Under the pieces are notes generated by a model, which ran no database searches, was not told where the DNA came from, and was given only the letters and a program-made list of their open reading frames with translations. DNA of 64,000 nt from a bacterium (GTDB taxonomy: Bacteria > SAR324 > NAC60-12). How positions within the stretch are numbered: position 1 is the first letter of the stretch; every line of letters begins with the position of its first letter. The translations under genes and the position numbers were made by a program. The DNA lies in assembly GCA_965205865.1 (NCBI GenBank), contig CBDBHR010000029.1, positions 800,001 to 864,000 of the forward strand. Direction: 5' to 3'. Below are positions 20,285 through 30,252 of this stretch, piece by piece.

Positions 20285-21406
20285 TCAGGGTTGATGGTGA
20301 GGAACGCGGCACAAGTGGTGATGGAGGTGCTGAAGGAAGACCCTGTTGTCCAATGCCAGATAATGAAACTCGCCCCCCATACGCGCAAATGATTTACAAA
20401 AGCGCAGGTAATAGGCAGGATGGTCCTTGGGTGGCTCGCCCCGGCTCCAATTCCAATTGCCGGGTTGAATGTCATTGGCAACGATCAGGTAACGTTCCGG
20501 AGGGCGGTTGTCCCGGAGGGTTACATTCCGGGCCATGGCCATGGCTTTCTCGAAAACCATCGGTGCCATCACGGCCGAGCCGATGCAAAAGAAGATCCCG
20601 CCTTCGAGTTGCGTGAGACGTTGGGCGAACGTCAGAAAATCCTGCAGAGCCGCTTGTCCAATGGCTGCTCCGTTGTTGAGCGGGTGGGCATAAATGATAT
20701 CGGCTCCGATTCCAGGGCACACGCTGAAGGGGATCTGCAAGCGATACGCGGCTTCCTGAATACTGTAGCGCTTATAAGGGTGGCAGACCTCCATCCTGCC
20801 GGGAGCAAGCCGGAACTCTTCCAGCGTCCGGGCCAAACCCGCTTTTGCGGGGAATCGCGCGGAAAAAGACCCCTGCCGTATCTCACGGGTCAGTTCCTGC
20901 CGTAACGTTTCCACGGCAGGGAGCTCCAGTTGGTCCTCATGGATCATTTTCCCGACAGCAGCCCCGTATCCCAGTCCTCGAGAGGCACCCAAAATGAGAG
21001 CGAGATTGATAAAAAATCCGGTTTCCTGCCAAATACCGAATTGGCCTTCCTCGAGGTACCGGCGGACGTCTTCTTCGGTTTTCCCTTGAAAGGCCATTTC
21101 CCAGTCATGGATGGACCCGGCGCCGTTGGTCAGCAGGTGCTGAAGATAGCCGGCCTCCATCAATTCAATGATCAAAGGCGCCAGCCCGTTCTTGAACAGA
21201 TGCGCTCCATAAGCCATAATGATGGGAGCTCCTTTTTTTTTCGACGCTTTCATCTTTTCCGTCAATTGCTCGATGAATTGGGCCTCTTTTGTGGCAAGCG
21301 GAGGGAGTGGGGTTTCCCTGTCGATCATGATGCCGGTATCGGATTTGGATTGCCGAGAAGCCAAAGGTTTGATATTCAGACGACTTCTATCGAATTTTTC
21401 ATGCAT
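20285..21406 (-). CDS. Deoxyhypusine-synthase-fold protein of unknown function (GSU2086-like)
   Basis: GAHLFKNGL, TNGAGSIHDWE, TEEDV, GSAVMAPMVFEKA. Confidence 0.65.
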   Translation of the reverse strand: MHEKFDRSRLNIKPLASRQSKSDTGIMIDRETPLPPLATKEAQFIEQLTEKMKASKKKGAPIIMAYGAHLFKNGLAPLIIELMEAGYLQHLLTNGAGSIHDWEMAFQGKTEEDVRRYLEEGQFGIWQETGFFINLALILGASRGLGYGAAVGKMIHEDQLELPAVETLRQELTREIRQGSFSARFPAKAGLARTLEEFRLAPGRMEVCHPYKRYSIQEAAYRLQIPFSVCPGIGADIIYAHPLNNGAAIGQAALQDFLTFAQRLTQLEGGIFFCIGSAVMAPMVFEKAMAMARNVTLRDNRPPERYLIVANDIQPGNWNWSRGEPPKDHPAYYLRFCKSFARMGGEFHYLALDNRVFLQHLHHHLCRVPHHQP

Positions 21407-21543
21407 ACGAGCAAGCAGACAGGGGAACCTGGAGAATTAATAATCTTCACAAGGAAAAGACTCTGTCGAACAATGACGTGGATGCCTACTGTAGCCCAAG
21501 CAGGGCCAAGTTGAAACGATTTTTCTAATCCGGGAAAAAAATC

Positions 21544-22125
21544 ATGGTGCTTTCCGACGTTGAACTGAAGAAACTGATCGAAGACGGCTATTTACCGACA
21601 GGCTTGCACGTGGGGCCTTCGAGTGTCGATCTCACTTTGTCCGATTCTTTCTGTTGGCCGGATCCCAAGGAAAACAGGATCGTGCTGGGAGAACCCGTTC
21701 ATTACCAGCAGGCGCAATCCGATACTTTCACCCTCGCCGCCAATCGTTTTGTATTGGCAAGCACTGCCGAAATCATTCGGGTGCCGGATGATATGGCGGC
21801 CTACGTGGAGGGACGCTCCAGCATTGGGCGCTTGGGATTGCAAATCCAAAATGCCAGCTTCATCGATGGCGGTTTTTATGGCAAAATCACCCTGGAGTTG
21901 GAAAACCAGTCGTGTTTCCCCATTGAATTGCGGGCGGGGATTCGCATTTGCCAGATCGTGTTCTTCAGAATGACCACGGCGGCTGAAAATCCCTATCGTG
22001 GCAAATACAACGGACAGGATGGCGCCACTCCCAGCCGTTTGGAAGAGGATTTTGAAAGGAAGCCCGATTCCAGCGCCAAAATGAAGAGAGGAAGAGTGGA
22101 TAACTTGCAAAATCGAGAAGAGTGA
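21544..22125 (+). CDS. dcd: dCTP deaminase
   Basis: PSSVDL, EGRSSIGRLG, FIDGGFYGKITLEL, YRGKYNGQ. Confidence 0.95.
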   Translation: MVLSDVELKKLIEDGYLPTGLHVGPSSVDLTLSDSFCWPDPKENRIVLGEPVHYQQAQSDTFTLAANRFVLASTAEIIRVPDDMAAYVEGRSSIGRLGLQIQNASFIDGGFYGKITLELENQSCFPIELRAGIRICQIVFFRMTTAAENPYRGKYNGQDGATPSRLEEDFERKPDSSAKMKRGRVDNLQNREE

Positions 22126-23171
22126 TGAGAGCTCGATTCCGTACTGATCTTCACGTCATCGCCGTCTCCTCCATTTCAATAGAGGAACTCTGGGGAGGTC
22201 GCAATCAATTCCAATTGATCGACGTGCGCACGCCGGATGAATTTGCGGCAGGCACCATTCCCGGCGCGATCAACGCGCCCTTATTATCGCAGGCGGATCA
22301 TCGTCAGATCGGTACGCTCTATCGAGCCTTCGGCCAGGAAAAAGCTCTTGCCGCCGGCTATGATCAACTACGTGAGAAATGGCCGGAATTCCTGGATACT
22401 CTACTAAAAACCCCCACCACTCGTCCGCTAACGATTTTTTGCGCTCGAGGCGGGATGCGCTCACGAATCATTGCTAATATCTTTGCCCTGCTCAACTATC
22501 ACAACCTTGTCTTGGAAGGCGGTTACAAACGTTTCAGAAACTGGAATCTGGCCCGATTGGAGCATCTCACCTTTCCAACCCCCCTTTATGTTCTGGATGG
22601 TTTGACAGGCGTAGGAAAAACCAGAATTCTTCAAAAACTGAAAAACTGCATCGATCTGGAAGAACTGGCGCAGCATCGCAGTTCGGTTTTTGGAGACATT
22701 GGCAAAAAGCCCGTCTCCAGCAAATCATTCGAAGCGCGTTTGTTGGAAGCATGGGATGGTCTGGAGCGGGATGCTCCCCTGTTTCTTGAAGGCGAGAGCC
22801 GTAAGATCGGAAATGTCACCATTCCACGCCTTTTGTTTGAAAAAATGAAATCCGGCAGGCGTATCTTGCTGACGGCTTCCCTTGAAACACGGGTGAAACG
22901 GATCTCCAAAGACTATCTTCCCAAGACTGCGAAGGAACGCCATCAGTTGATCGGCAAAACGATCAGTCTGACTCCTTTGTTGGGAAAAAAAACGGTCACC
23001 GACCTGGTCGCCTGGTTGGAGAAGGAGTGGTATCAGGAATTCTTCAAATTCATGCTGGAAGAGTATTATGACAAAAAATACGCAAACAGCGCGAAGGGCT
23101 ATACCTACCACGCGGTCATTGACGCCGAAGACCTGGAGCTCGCGACAAAGAACGTTATGCGACTATTATGA
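22122..23171 (+). CDS. mnmH: tRNA 2-selenouridine synthase (SelU)
   Basis: Rhodanese DVRTPDEF...CARGGMRS, P-loop GLTGVGKT, DLEELAQHRSSVFG, EGESRKIG. Confidence 0.93.
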   Translation: MMRARFRTDLHVIAVSSISIEELWGGRNQFQLIDVRTPDEFAAGTIPGAINAPLLSQADHRQIGTLYRAFGQEKALAAGYDQLREKWPEFLDTLLKTPTTRPLTIFCARGGMRSRIIANIFALLNYHNLVLEGGYKRFRNWNLARLEHLTFPTPLYVLDGLTGVGKTRILQKLKNCIDLEELAQHRSSVFGDIGKKPVSSKSFEARLLEAWDGLERDAPLFLEGESRKIGNVTIPRLLFEKMKSGRRILLTASLETRVKRISKDYLPKTAKERHQLIGKTISLTPLLGKKTVTDLVAWLEKEWYQEFFKFMLEEYYDKKYANSAKGYTYHAVIDAEDLELATKNVMRLL

Positions 23172-23227
23172 GCCTCGATTCGAGGTCTGCTTGCAGAAGG
23201 AAATTTTCGACTCGGAGATGGTATGAA

Positions 23228-23467
23228 ATGGTATTGGATTATACTTTGATAATTGAAGAAGAAGAGGCGGGGCGCTTCCGTTTTTCTTCGCCGGATCTGG
23301 CAGGGTTTCAAGGCAAGGGATTTTCACTGGAAGACTGCCTGCAACAAGCTCCCATGGCTATCGAGGAGCATTTGGCGCACCTCGAGGCCCTCAACTGTCC
23401 GATTCCCTCCAAATCCTCGGATCCTCAGATCATTTTCCGGGGAGAAACCTGGCAATCCCTTGCTTGA
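23228..23467 (+). CDS. HicB-family antitoxin (partial RNase H fold only)
   Basis: YTLIIE...FSSPDLAG...GFSLEDCL...AIEEHL...PIP; no DNA-binding tail. Confidence 0.7.
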   Translation: MVLDYTLIIEEEEAGRFRFSSPDLAGFQGKGFSLEDCLQQAPMAIEEHLAHLEALNCPIPSKSSDPQIIFRGETWQSLA

Positions 23468-23476
23468 AATTGAAAT

Positions 23477-26400
23477 TCAAATTACCGGAACCGTGGCTTT
23501 CCGGGTTGTTGCGGAAGCGGTACCGGTGGCATGGTAACGTTTTATTTTCTCTTCCGCTTCTTTTCGGGTTTTGCGGATATTTTCCATTTTGATCTCTTCA
23601 TAACCACGAACGTTGTCGGGAAGTGAAGCAATGACAACGGCGTTTTGCAGCGTCTCTCCCGTCAGGCCGGAAAGGAGCTCTCGCACCAGGTTTTCATACC
23701 ATGGAATCAATGCGGCTTCCGCCCTCCGTACGTTTGCGCGGGCAAACGGGTCCCATGGCGTACTACGAAGAACCTTGAAGCAGGCCAGTCCTTTCAAGAA
23801 AGGAAAGACCCAAGGCCCCATGGTCAGCTTATTTTTCAATCCCCACTTGCGCAACATCGGGGGATGGAGGTGGATAGAAACTTTGACTTGGCCTTGATAA
23901 GCATTTTTTGCGTTTTCCACGGCGGGATTCTGAGTCCACAAACGGGCCACTTCATATTCATCTTTATATGCCATCAGTTTGAAGAGCCATTTGGCTACCG
24001 TGGTGGTGAGAAGCACGTCTTCAGACTCGTCTGCCATCGTGGAAACTCGAGTTGTTTCTGACTGGTGGACTTGTTCGATGAAATTCAAGTATCGTTTCGC
24101 ATAGTTTGTATTCTGAAAGAGGATCAAGTCGGAGACGCGAGGATAAAGGACCTCATGCAAAGCGCTATTTCCAGGAAACCGCGCAGCCAGTGATTCCATG
24201 GCAGCTACCTGTTGCGGGTCGAATTTTTTCAATTTCACCAGCGCCGTTTCTTTGCAAGATTCGGGTTTCATCCTATCCTCAAAGAGCACCGCTTTGGCAT
24301 TTTCAGGGTCCGTCGCGTATTTCCTGCCCCAGCGGAATGCATTGATATTTCGCTCCACCGCAACTCCATTGCCTGCTATGGCAGCTTCGATATAAGGAGC
24401 GTCGACAGGAAGCACCCCCTGTTGGTAAGCGACTCCGAGCATGAAAATGTTGTTGGACTGCTCCGTTGCAAAAAGAGTCTCGGAAAACTGGTTGGCGTCT
24501 ACATAATGATTCCGGTCGGCTTTCGTGCGCCGGTTCAATTGATGTCGCAAAAACGAATGTTTGGGAAACGGCGTTCTCGTGTCCGTGATGGTCAAGGCCG
24601 TATCGGTTTGATGCGAGTTGACGATCGCGGCGCTGCGAGCGGCATCGAGACGGTCCAGATTGTCCGGAGAAACGGAGGCAAGAAAATCGAATGCCAGCAG
24701 CAGGTCGGTTTGTCCGGAAGGGATACGAAAAGATGATTCATAAGGCCGGTCACAGATGCTGATATTGGAAGTCACCGCCCCTCCTTTTTGAGCGAGTCCT
24801 GTTTGATCGAGCTGAGCTGCGTATTTTCCTTGCAAGTGGGCGGCTGCCACCAGAATCGCGCTGGCGGTCACTACTCCGGTTCCTCCTATTCCCACCATCA
24901 GGATGCGGTAGGGTGTTTGGCAATCGACCTTTTTTACAGGCGCTGGCAGCGTATCGATTTCTACTTTTTGAAAGTGACTCGGTTTGGTGATGCGATCAGC
25001 GCCTTCCTCCAGTTCCACTGTCATAAAAGACGGGCAATCTCCTTTCAAACAGGAATAATCAAAATTGCAGGAGGACTGGTGGATTTGAGTCTTCCGTCCA
25101 TATTCCGTCTGCGCCGGAATCACGGAAAGACAATTGGATTTCACGCCGCAATCGCCACATCCTTCGCAGACGGCTTCATTGATCAAAACGCGTTTGCGGG
25201 GAATTTCCAGTACGCCGCGTTTCCGATCCCGCCGTTTTTCGGCAGCGCATTGTTGGTCATAAATCAGGACGCTGACGCCTTTGACGTCTTTCATTCCCTC
25301 AACGACGCGGGGATATTGCGCTTTAGGAACGACGTCGATTTTCTTGCTGATTCGTTTTTGGGGGTATTTTTCAGGAAGTTCCGTAACAATAGTGATTTTC
25401 CGCACCCCTTCCCATTCGAGTTTTCGTGCCAAAGACGTCGTATCCAACCCGCCCGAGACTTTTTGACCACCGGTCATTGCCACCGCCGAATTGTAAAGGA
25501 TTTTGAATGTGATATTCACACCGGCATTGATACAGGCTTCAATAGATTTGCTGCCCGAATGAAAATACGTGCCATCCCCGATGTTTTGGAAAAAATGTTC
25601 TTTTCCGGTGAAATGGGAAAGGCCAATCCAGTTGGCCCCTTCTCCTCCCATGTGGGTGATGAACTCGAGCCCCCGTCCCATCCACATGGCCATGGCGTGG
25701 CAGCCTATGCCGGCGCCTCCTATTTCGCCTTCAGGATTGACTGTCGAGGTACTGTGCGGACAGCCACTACAGAAATAAGGAATTCTGGGCATGACTTCTT
25801 CGTAGACGCGGGATTGGATTTCCACCATTCCGGCAGCTCTGGCAGGTAAATCCATGCCGGGAAAGCTATCGGCTAAAAAGCGAGCCAAAACCATCACGAT
25901 TTCACTGACTTTAAGTTCACTCTGCGCATGGAACATGATTTGACCCCGACGATCTTTCTTACCGTAAATGCGGGGAGGATGCGGAAGAGAATACAATTCA
26001 TTGCGTATCAGCATCTCGGTAAATCCTCGTTTTTCCTCAACGAGGACAACCTCTTCCAGACCATCTGCGAATTCCCGCAAACGTTTGGGTTCGACGGGGG
26101 CGATCATACCCATTTTATAAAGTCGGACTCCCATTTTCCGCAATGCCTGATCGTCCAAGCCGAGTGAATATAGAGCGTCCTTCAAGTCGTAATAGCTTTT
26201 TCCGAATGAAACGAATCCCATGCGATCGTTGCCGGATCGTACGGTGATTTTGTCGATTTCATTTTCATAAACATAAGCTTTGGCAGCCTCCGACTTGTCA
26301 TAAAAGATCTGCCTTTCCGACTCCAGGCTGGCGTCCCCCACCAATTTCAGCGTTTGAAGTTTTTGGAAAGGTTTGCCGGCGATTTCAAATGCCGGTACGA

Positions 26401-27064
26401 GTTGCAGGGCTTGTTCCGGATAAACCTCGACAATCGAGCCACTGTCTGCCACGTCGGTGACAATCTTGAGTGCCGTCCACAGTCCCGCGTAACGGGAAAG
26501 CCCGACACCTTTCAAGCCCATTTCAAGAAGTTCCTGCTGATTTCCCGGAAAAAGCACGGGTATACCGAGGTCAAATAAACCGGGAGTGTTATCACTGGGG
26601 ATGGTTGAACTCTTACAGGAGGGATCATCGCCTGCGAGGGTCAGTACGGCTCCGTATTTGCTGGTTCCGGTAAAGTTGCCATGACGAAAGGCATCCCCCG
26701 TGCGGTCCACTCCGGGGCCTTTGCCGAACCACATTCCCAAAACCCCGTCAAAGTCGGCATGCGGGAGAAATTCCAACAGTTGGGTGCCATTGAGGGCGGT
26801 TGCCGCTATATCTTCGTTTACTTCCGCGTGAAAATAAATACGATGTTCTTCCAGCAAGGATGAAACCCGTCCAAAATGCGTATCCATGGTTCCCAAAGGT
26901 GATCCCTGGTATCCGCTCACGTAGGTTCCCAGTTTGATACCGTCTTTCGTGTCTTTGCGAGTTTGGTCGATGGGAATGCGCACCAACGCCTGGATTCCGG
27001 ATAAAATGACATTGCCTTCCAGCACCCTGTAGCGGTCCATGAAATTAAATTCAGAAGGTTTCAT
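23477..27064 (-). CDS. Indolepyruvate:ferredoxin oxidoreductase, fused single-chain type
   Basis: SGYQGSPLG, FCSGCPH, GDGTYFHSG, CEGCGDC, GIGGTGVV, AYKDEYEVARL. Confidence 0.93.
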   Translation of the reverse strand: MKPSEFNFMDRYRVLEGNVILSGIQALVRIPIDQTRKDTKDGIKLGTYVSGYQGSPLGTMDTHFGRVSSLLEEHRIYFHAEVNEDIAATALNGTQLLEFLPHADFDGVLGMWFGKGPGVDRTGDAFRHGNFTGTSKYGAVLTLAGDDPSCKSSTIPSDNTPGLFDLGIPVLFPGNQQELLEMGLKGVGLSRYAGLWTALKIVTDVADSGSIVEVYPEQALQLVPAFEIAGKPFQKLQTLKLVGDASLESERQIFYDKSEAAKAYVYENEIDKITVRSGNDRMGFVSFGKSYYDLKDALYSLGLDDQALRKMGVRLYKMGMIAPVEPKRLREFADGLEEVVLVEEKRGFTEMLIRNELYSLPHPPRIYGKKDRRGQIMFHAQSELKVSEIVMVLARFLADSFPGMDLPARAAGMVEIQSRVYEEVMPRIPYFCSGCPHSTSTVNPEGEIGGAGIGCHAMAMWMGRGLEFITHMGGEGANWIGLSHFTGKEHFFQNIGDGTYFHSGSKSIEACINAGVNITFKILYNSAVAMTGGQKVSGGLDTTSLARKLEWEGVRKITIVTELPEKYPQKRISKKIDVVPKAQYPRVVEGMKDVKGVSVLIYDQQCAAEKRRDRKRGVLEIPRKRVLINEAVCEGCGDCGVKSNCLSVIPAQTEYGRKTQIHQSSCNFDYSCLKGDCPSFMTVELEEGADRITKPSHFQKVEIDTLPAPVKKVDCQTPYRILMVGIGGTGVVTASAILVAAAHLQGKYAAQLDQTGLAQKGGAVTSNISICDRPYESSFRIPSGQTDLLLAFDFLASVSPDNLDRLDAARSAAIVNSHQTDTALTITDTRTPFPKHSFLRHQLNRRTKADRNHYVDANQFSETLFATEQSNNIFMLGVAYQQGVLPVDAPYIEAAIAGNGVAVERNINAFRWGRKYATDPENAKAVLFEDRMKPESCKETALVKLKKFDPQQVAAMESLAARFPGNSALHEVLYPRVSDLILFQNTNYAKRYLNFIEQVHQSETTRVSTMADESEDVLLTTTVAKWLFKLMAYKDEYEVARLWTQNPAVENAKNAYQGQVKVSIHLHPPMLRKWGLKNKLTMGPWVFPFLKGLACFKVLRSTPWDPFARANVRRAEAALIPWYENLVRELLSGLTGETLQNAVVIASLPDNVRGYEEIKMENIRKTRKEAEEKIKRYHATGTASATTRKATVPVI

Positions 27065-27316
27065 TGTCTCTCTCGATTCAAGTGAACACAATCTGTTGAT
27101 TCGCGCTGCGAAACTGTGGTGACCTTTCTGAAAATTGTTTCACGCAAGATGAATAAAGTCAATCACATCTATCAGCGCGTAATCATATTGTTGCGCAGCA
27201 TCACCGGAGGAACGATATGCCAAAATCGACAATCCCGATGATCAAAACGATCCAAAACGTCGCGCGGATGATATAGGCGGCAAAAAAAAATCAAGAAATT
27301 CCTTCGTAAATTTCTC

Positions 27317-27345
27317 TTGACACGCCTATTTACGGAGGCTATGAT
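27317..27345 (+). promoter_or_regulatory. Sigma70-type promoter upstream of tldD
   Basis: TTGACA-17 nt-TATGAT. Confidence 0.65.
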
Positions 27346-27583
27346 CTTCTGTGATTTTTGATTTTCTTATGTGGTCGTGGGGTGACCGCAAACCGATTCG
27401 TATTGCTGCGAAACGTATCAAGAAGCATCCCGACCCAAAGCGATTGAGAGTGTAAGGCAAGAAAATTTTTTAACATTTCCGCAATCCTCCATTTTCCGGT
27501 GAATCGAGGGGATTTTATATATTCAACTTTTACAAAATAATCCTTGTTTGGTTCCGGCTGTGCCGGGTTAGGGAGGAATAAAA

Positions 27584-29080
27584 ATGGAGCACTTGGAAGA
27601 ATTGGCTGCTCACCCAAGCGGAATTGATCTTTTGAAGGAAAACACTCCCTCTCGGGCGGCGAAAGCGGTCTTTGCAGAGCAGATGGGGGTCGATGAAGAT
27701 ATGATGCGAAAAATCCTGAAAGCGGCGATGAGCCTGGGGGGCGATTTTGCGGACCTTTTTTTTGAATACACACTGAGAAATTCGATTATCCTGGAAGAAG
27801 GGATCATCAAAAATTCGTCAAAAGTTGTCATCATGGGAGTGGGCATCCGGGTTCTCAAAGGAGAACAAACGGGTTATGCCTATAGTGAAGATTTGAGTCT
27901 GAAACCCATGCTCCATGCAGCCCGCACGGCCGCTGCCATTGCAACAGGAGGCAAAGTAAAAATCGAAGACGTCGAGCAGTTCAATGAAACGGTTCCTCCT
28001 GACTACTACAGAGTCATAAATACTATCAGCGACTTGGCCATTGCCGAGAAAATCCGCCTGCTCCGGGAAGTAGAAAAAAATTCTCACAACTATGATGAAC
28101 GTATTATCAAAGTCACCGTCACTCTGACGGATTCCATCGAATATATTCAGATTGCAACCTCCGAGGGAAAAATCATACGGGACACCCGTCCTATGTTTCG
28201 CATGAGCGTCCAATGCCTTGCGCAACAGGAAGAGAATATTCAAATTGGATTTTCGGGAGTGGGTGGTCGAGTGGGGATGGATTTCCTGCAGCAAGACAAT
28301 CATGCCCGCATAATAGGGGAAAAAGCGGCCTGGCAAGCCATTTTACTGCTTGGCGCTCAGCAAGCGCCTTCCGGGGAAATGCCGGTCATTTTAGGACCTG
28401 CCCAATCCGGCATCCTCTTGCACGAAGCAGTCGGACATCCCATCGAAGCGGATTTCAATCGCAAGGGGACTTCGGCCTACAGTGGTCGTGTTGGAGAAAA
28501 GGTGGCTTCTGAGTTATGTACGATTTATGATTCCGGCCAAATAGAATACGACCGGGGCGCCTTGAATTTTGACGACGAGGGAAACGAGTCACCTGCCAGT
28601 ACGCTGATTGAAAATGGCATCCTGCGTAGTTATATGCATGACACTATCAGCAGCCGGTATTATCAAGTAGAGGCATCCGGAAATGGACGGCGAGAATCTT
28701 ATGCTCACTACCCCACTCCACGAATGACGACCACGTATCTTGCCAATGGCGAATCGCCGCCGGAAGAAATCATCCGCTCCGTTAAAAAGGGAATTTATTG
28801 CGAATCCTTCAGTGGGGGACAGGTGGACATTTCCAATGGAGATTTCGTTTTTGTGCCCACCGTTGCATACATGGTTGAAGAAGGCAAATGCGCCTATCCC
28901 ATCAAAAATTTCACTTTAATAGGCAATGGACCGGATGCCATGTCCAAGGTCACGATGGTGGGAAACGATTTTGCTTTCAGTGAGGGCATCTGGACTTGTG
29001 GAAAACAAGGTCAGAGCGTACCCGTGGGAGTGGGACTACCCACAGTGCTTGTTTCCCGGTTGACAGTGGGAGGTATCTGA
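27584..29080 (+). CDS. tldD: Metalloprotease TldD
   Basis: LLHEAVGHPIEAD, GNGRRESY, CGKQGQSVPVGVG. Confidence 0.93.
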   Translation: MEHLEELAAHPSGIDLLKENTPSRAAKAVFAEQMGVDEDMMRKILKAAMSLGGDFADLFFEYTLRNSIILEEGIIKNSSKVVIMGVGIRVLKGEQTGYAYSEDLSLKPMLHAARTAAAIATGGKVKIEDVEQFNETVPPDYYRVINTISDLAIAEKIRLLREVEKNSHNYDERIIKVTVTLTDSIEYIQIATSEGKIIRDTRPMFRMSVQCLAQQEENIQIGFSGVGGRVGMDFLQQDNHARIIGEKAAWQAILLLGAQQAPSGEMPVILGPAQSGILLHEAVGHPIEADFNRKGTSAYSGRVGEKVASELCTIYDSGQIEYDRGALNFDDEGNESPASTLIENGILRSYMHDTISSRYYQVEASGNGRRESYAHYPTPRMTTTYLANGESPPEEIIRSVKKGIYCESFSGGQVDISNGDFVFVPTVAYMVEEGKCAYPIKNFTLIGNGPDAMSKVTMVGNDFAFSEGIWTCGKQGQSVPVGVGLPTVLVSRLTVGGI

Positions 29081-29086
29081 AGAGCA

Positions 29087-30046
29087 ATGTCTCTGCCTCA
29101 ACCACTTGCCCACATTCCTGTGCTGAAAAAGGAAATTCTCGCCCACGTCCCTCCCCACTCGAAAAAAATCCTCGATTGTACGGTAGGAGGTGGAGGCCAC
29201 AGTGAAGCCTTGCTAAAGCAGTTCAACCGTGCGCAACTGTTGGCAATTGATCGAGATCCCATTGCTCTGGAGATTGCCAGCTCCCGATTGCTCCCTTACA
29301 AAACCCGCTTTCAACTCCATTATTCTCGATTTTCCGAACTGGCGGAAAAACTTGCTGAACGTTCATGGAAATTCGACTTCATTGTTGCCGATCTGGGAGT
29401 TTCTTCTTTTCAATTGGATCAACCGGAGCGGGGTTTTTCTTTCAGTCATGATGGTCCTCTGGACATGCGGATGGATCCCAAATCCGAAGAGAAAGATGCC
29501 GCACAATGGATTAATCATGCCAGCGAGCAAGAGTTGGTTACGATTTTTCAACGATTTGGAGAAGTGCGATTTGCCCGGAAAATCAGCCGTGGCATTGTCC
29601 AAAAACGAGAAGAAGAAAAATTCTCTTCCACGCGACAGTTGGCGGCCTTTGTCGCTTCTCTCATTCCTCAGCGATTTCACAAAAAGAAAATTCATCCTGC
29701 AACCCAGGTGTTTCAAGCCTTGCGAATTGCAGTCAATGATGAACTCCAAGAAGTGCGGACAATGTTGCAAACCGTATTTCCATATCTCAATGCAAGGGGG
29801 CGCTTGGCATGCATCGCGTTTCATTCGCTGGAAGACCGGCTGATCAAACGGCAATTTCAGCAATGGGGAAACCCATGCCAATGCCCACCGGAGTTGCCAT
29901 ACTGTGTTTGTGGGCTCCTGCCACTGGGGAAAAGGGTGGTGAAACGCCCTATAGTACCCACCACTGAAGAAATCGAAAACAACTCACGAAGCCGGAGTGC
30001 CAAACTGCGGATCTTTGAGCGATTCGGAGAGGATCCGGCAGAATGA
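29087..30046 (+). CDS. rsmH: 16S rRNA m4C1402 methyltransferase
   Basis: HIPVL, DCTVGGGGHS, DLGVSSFQLD, FHSLEDR, SRSAKLR. Confidence 0.97.
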   Translation: MSLPQPLAHIPVLKKEILAHVPPHSKKILDCTVGGGGHSEALLKQFNRAQLLAIDRDPIALEIASSRLLPYKTRFQLHYSRFSELAEKLAERSWKFDFIVADLGVSSFQLDQPERGFSFSHDGPLDMRMDPKSEEKDAAQWINHASEQELVTIFQRFGEVRFARKISRGIVQKREEEKFSSTRQLAAFVASLIPQRFHKKKIHPATQVFQALRIAVNDELQEVRTMLQTVFPYLNARGRLACIAFHSLEDRLIKRQFQQWGNPCQCPPELPYCVCGLLPLGKRVVKRPIVPTTEEIENNSRSRSAKLRIFERFGEDPAE

Positions 30047-30252
30047 GGAGATGTCCCATTCAAAGAGAAAAAGGGGAAAAAGTTGCCCGCTTAAAATAGA
30101 CTCGGCAGGAAACATTCCGGAATTCTGCAGAAGAGGATGAATTTGGATTGCTAAAAATATGTTTTGGATTTATATTGAAATCTGCTTTATCCGCAGTGAC
30201 AAGACTGCCAATCCTTTCCAATGCTTGTTGACCTCTTTCAAGAAGGAACACC

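Noticed and set aside
27380-27450. c-di-GMP-I riboswitch (GCAAACC...GAAA...CAAAGC)
   Set aside because: The landmark words are present, but the spacing and P2 pairing do not fit.
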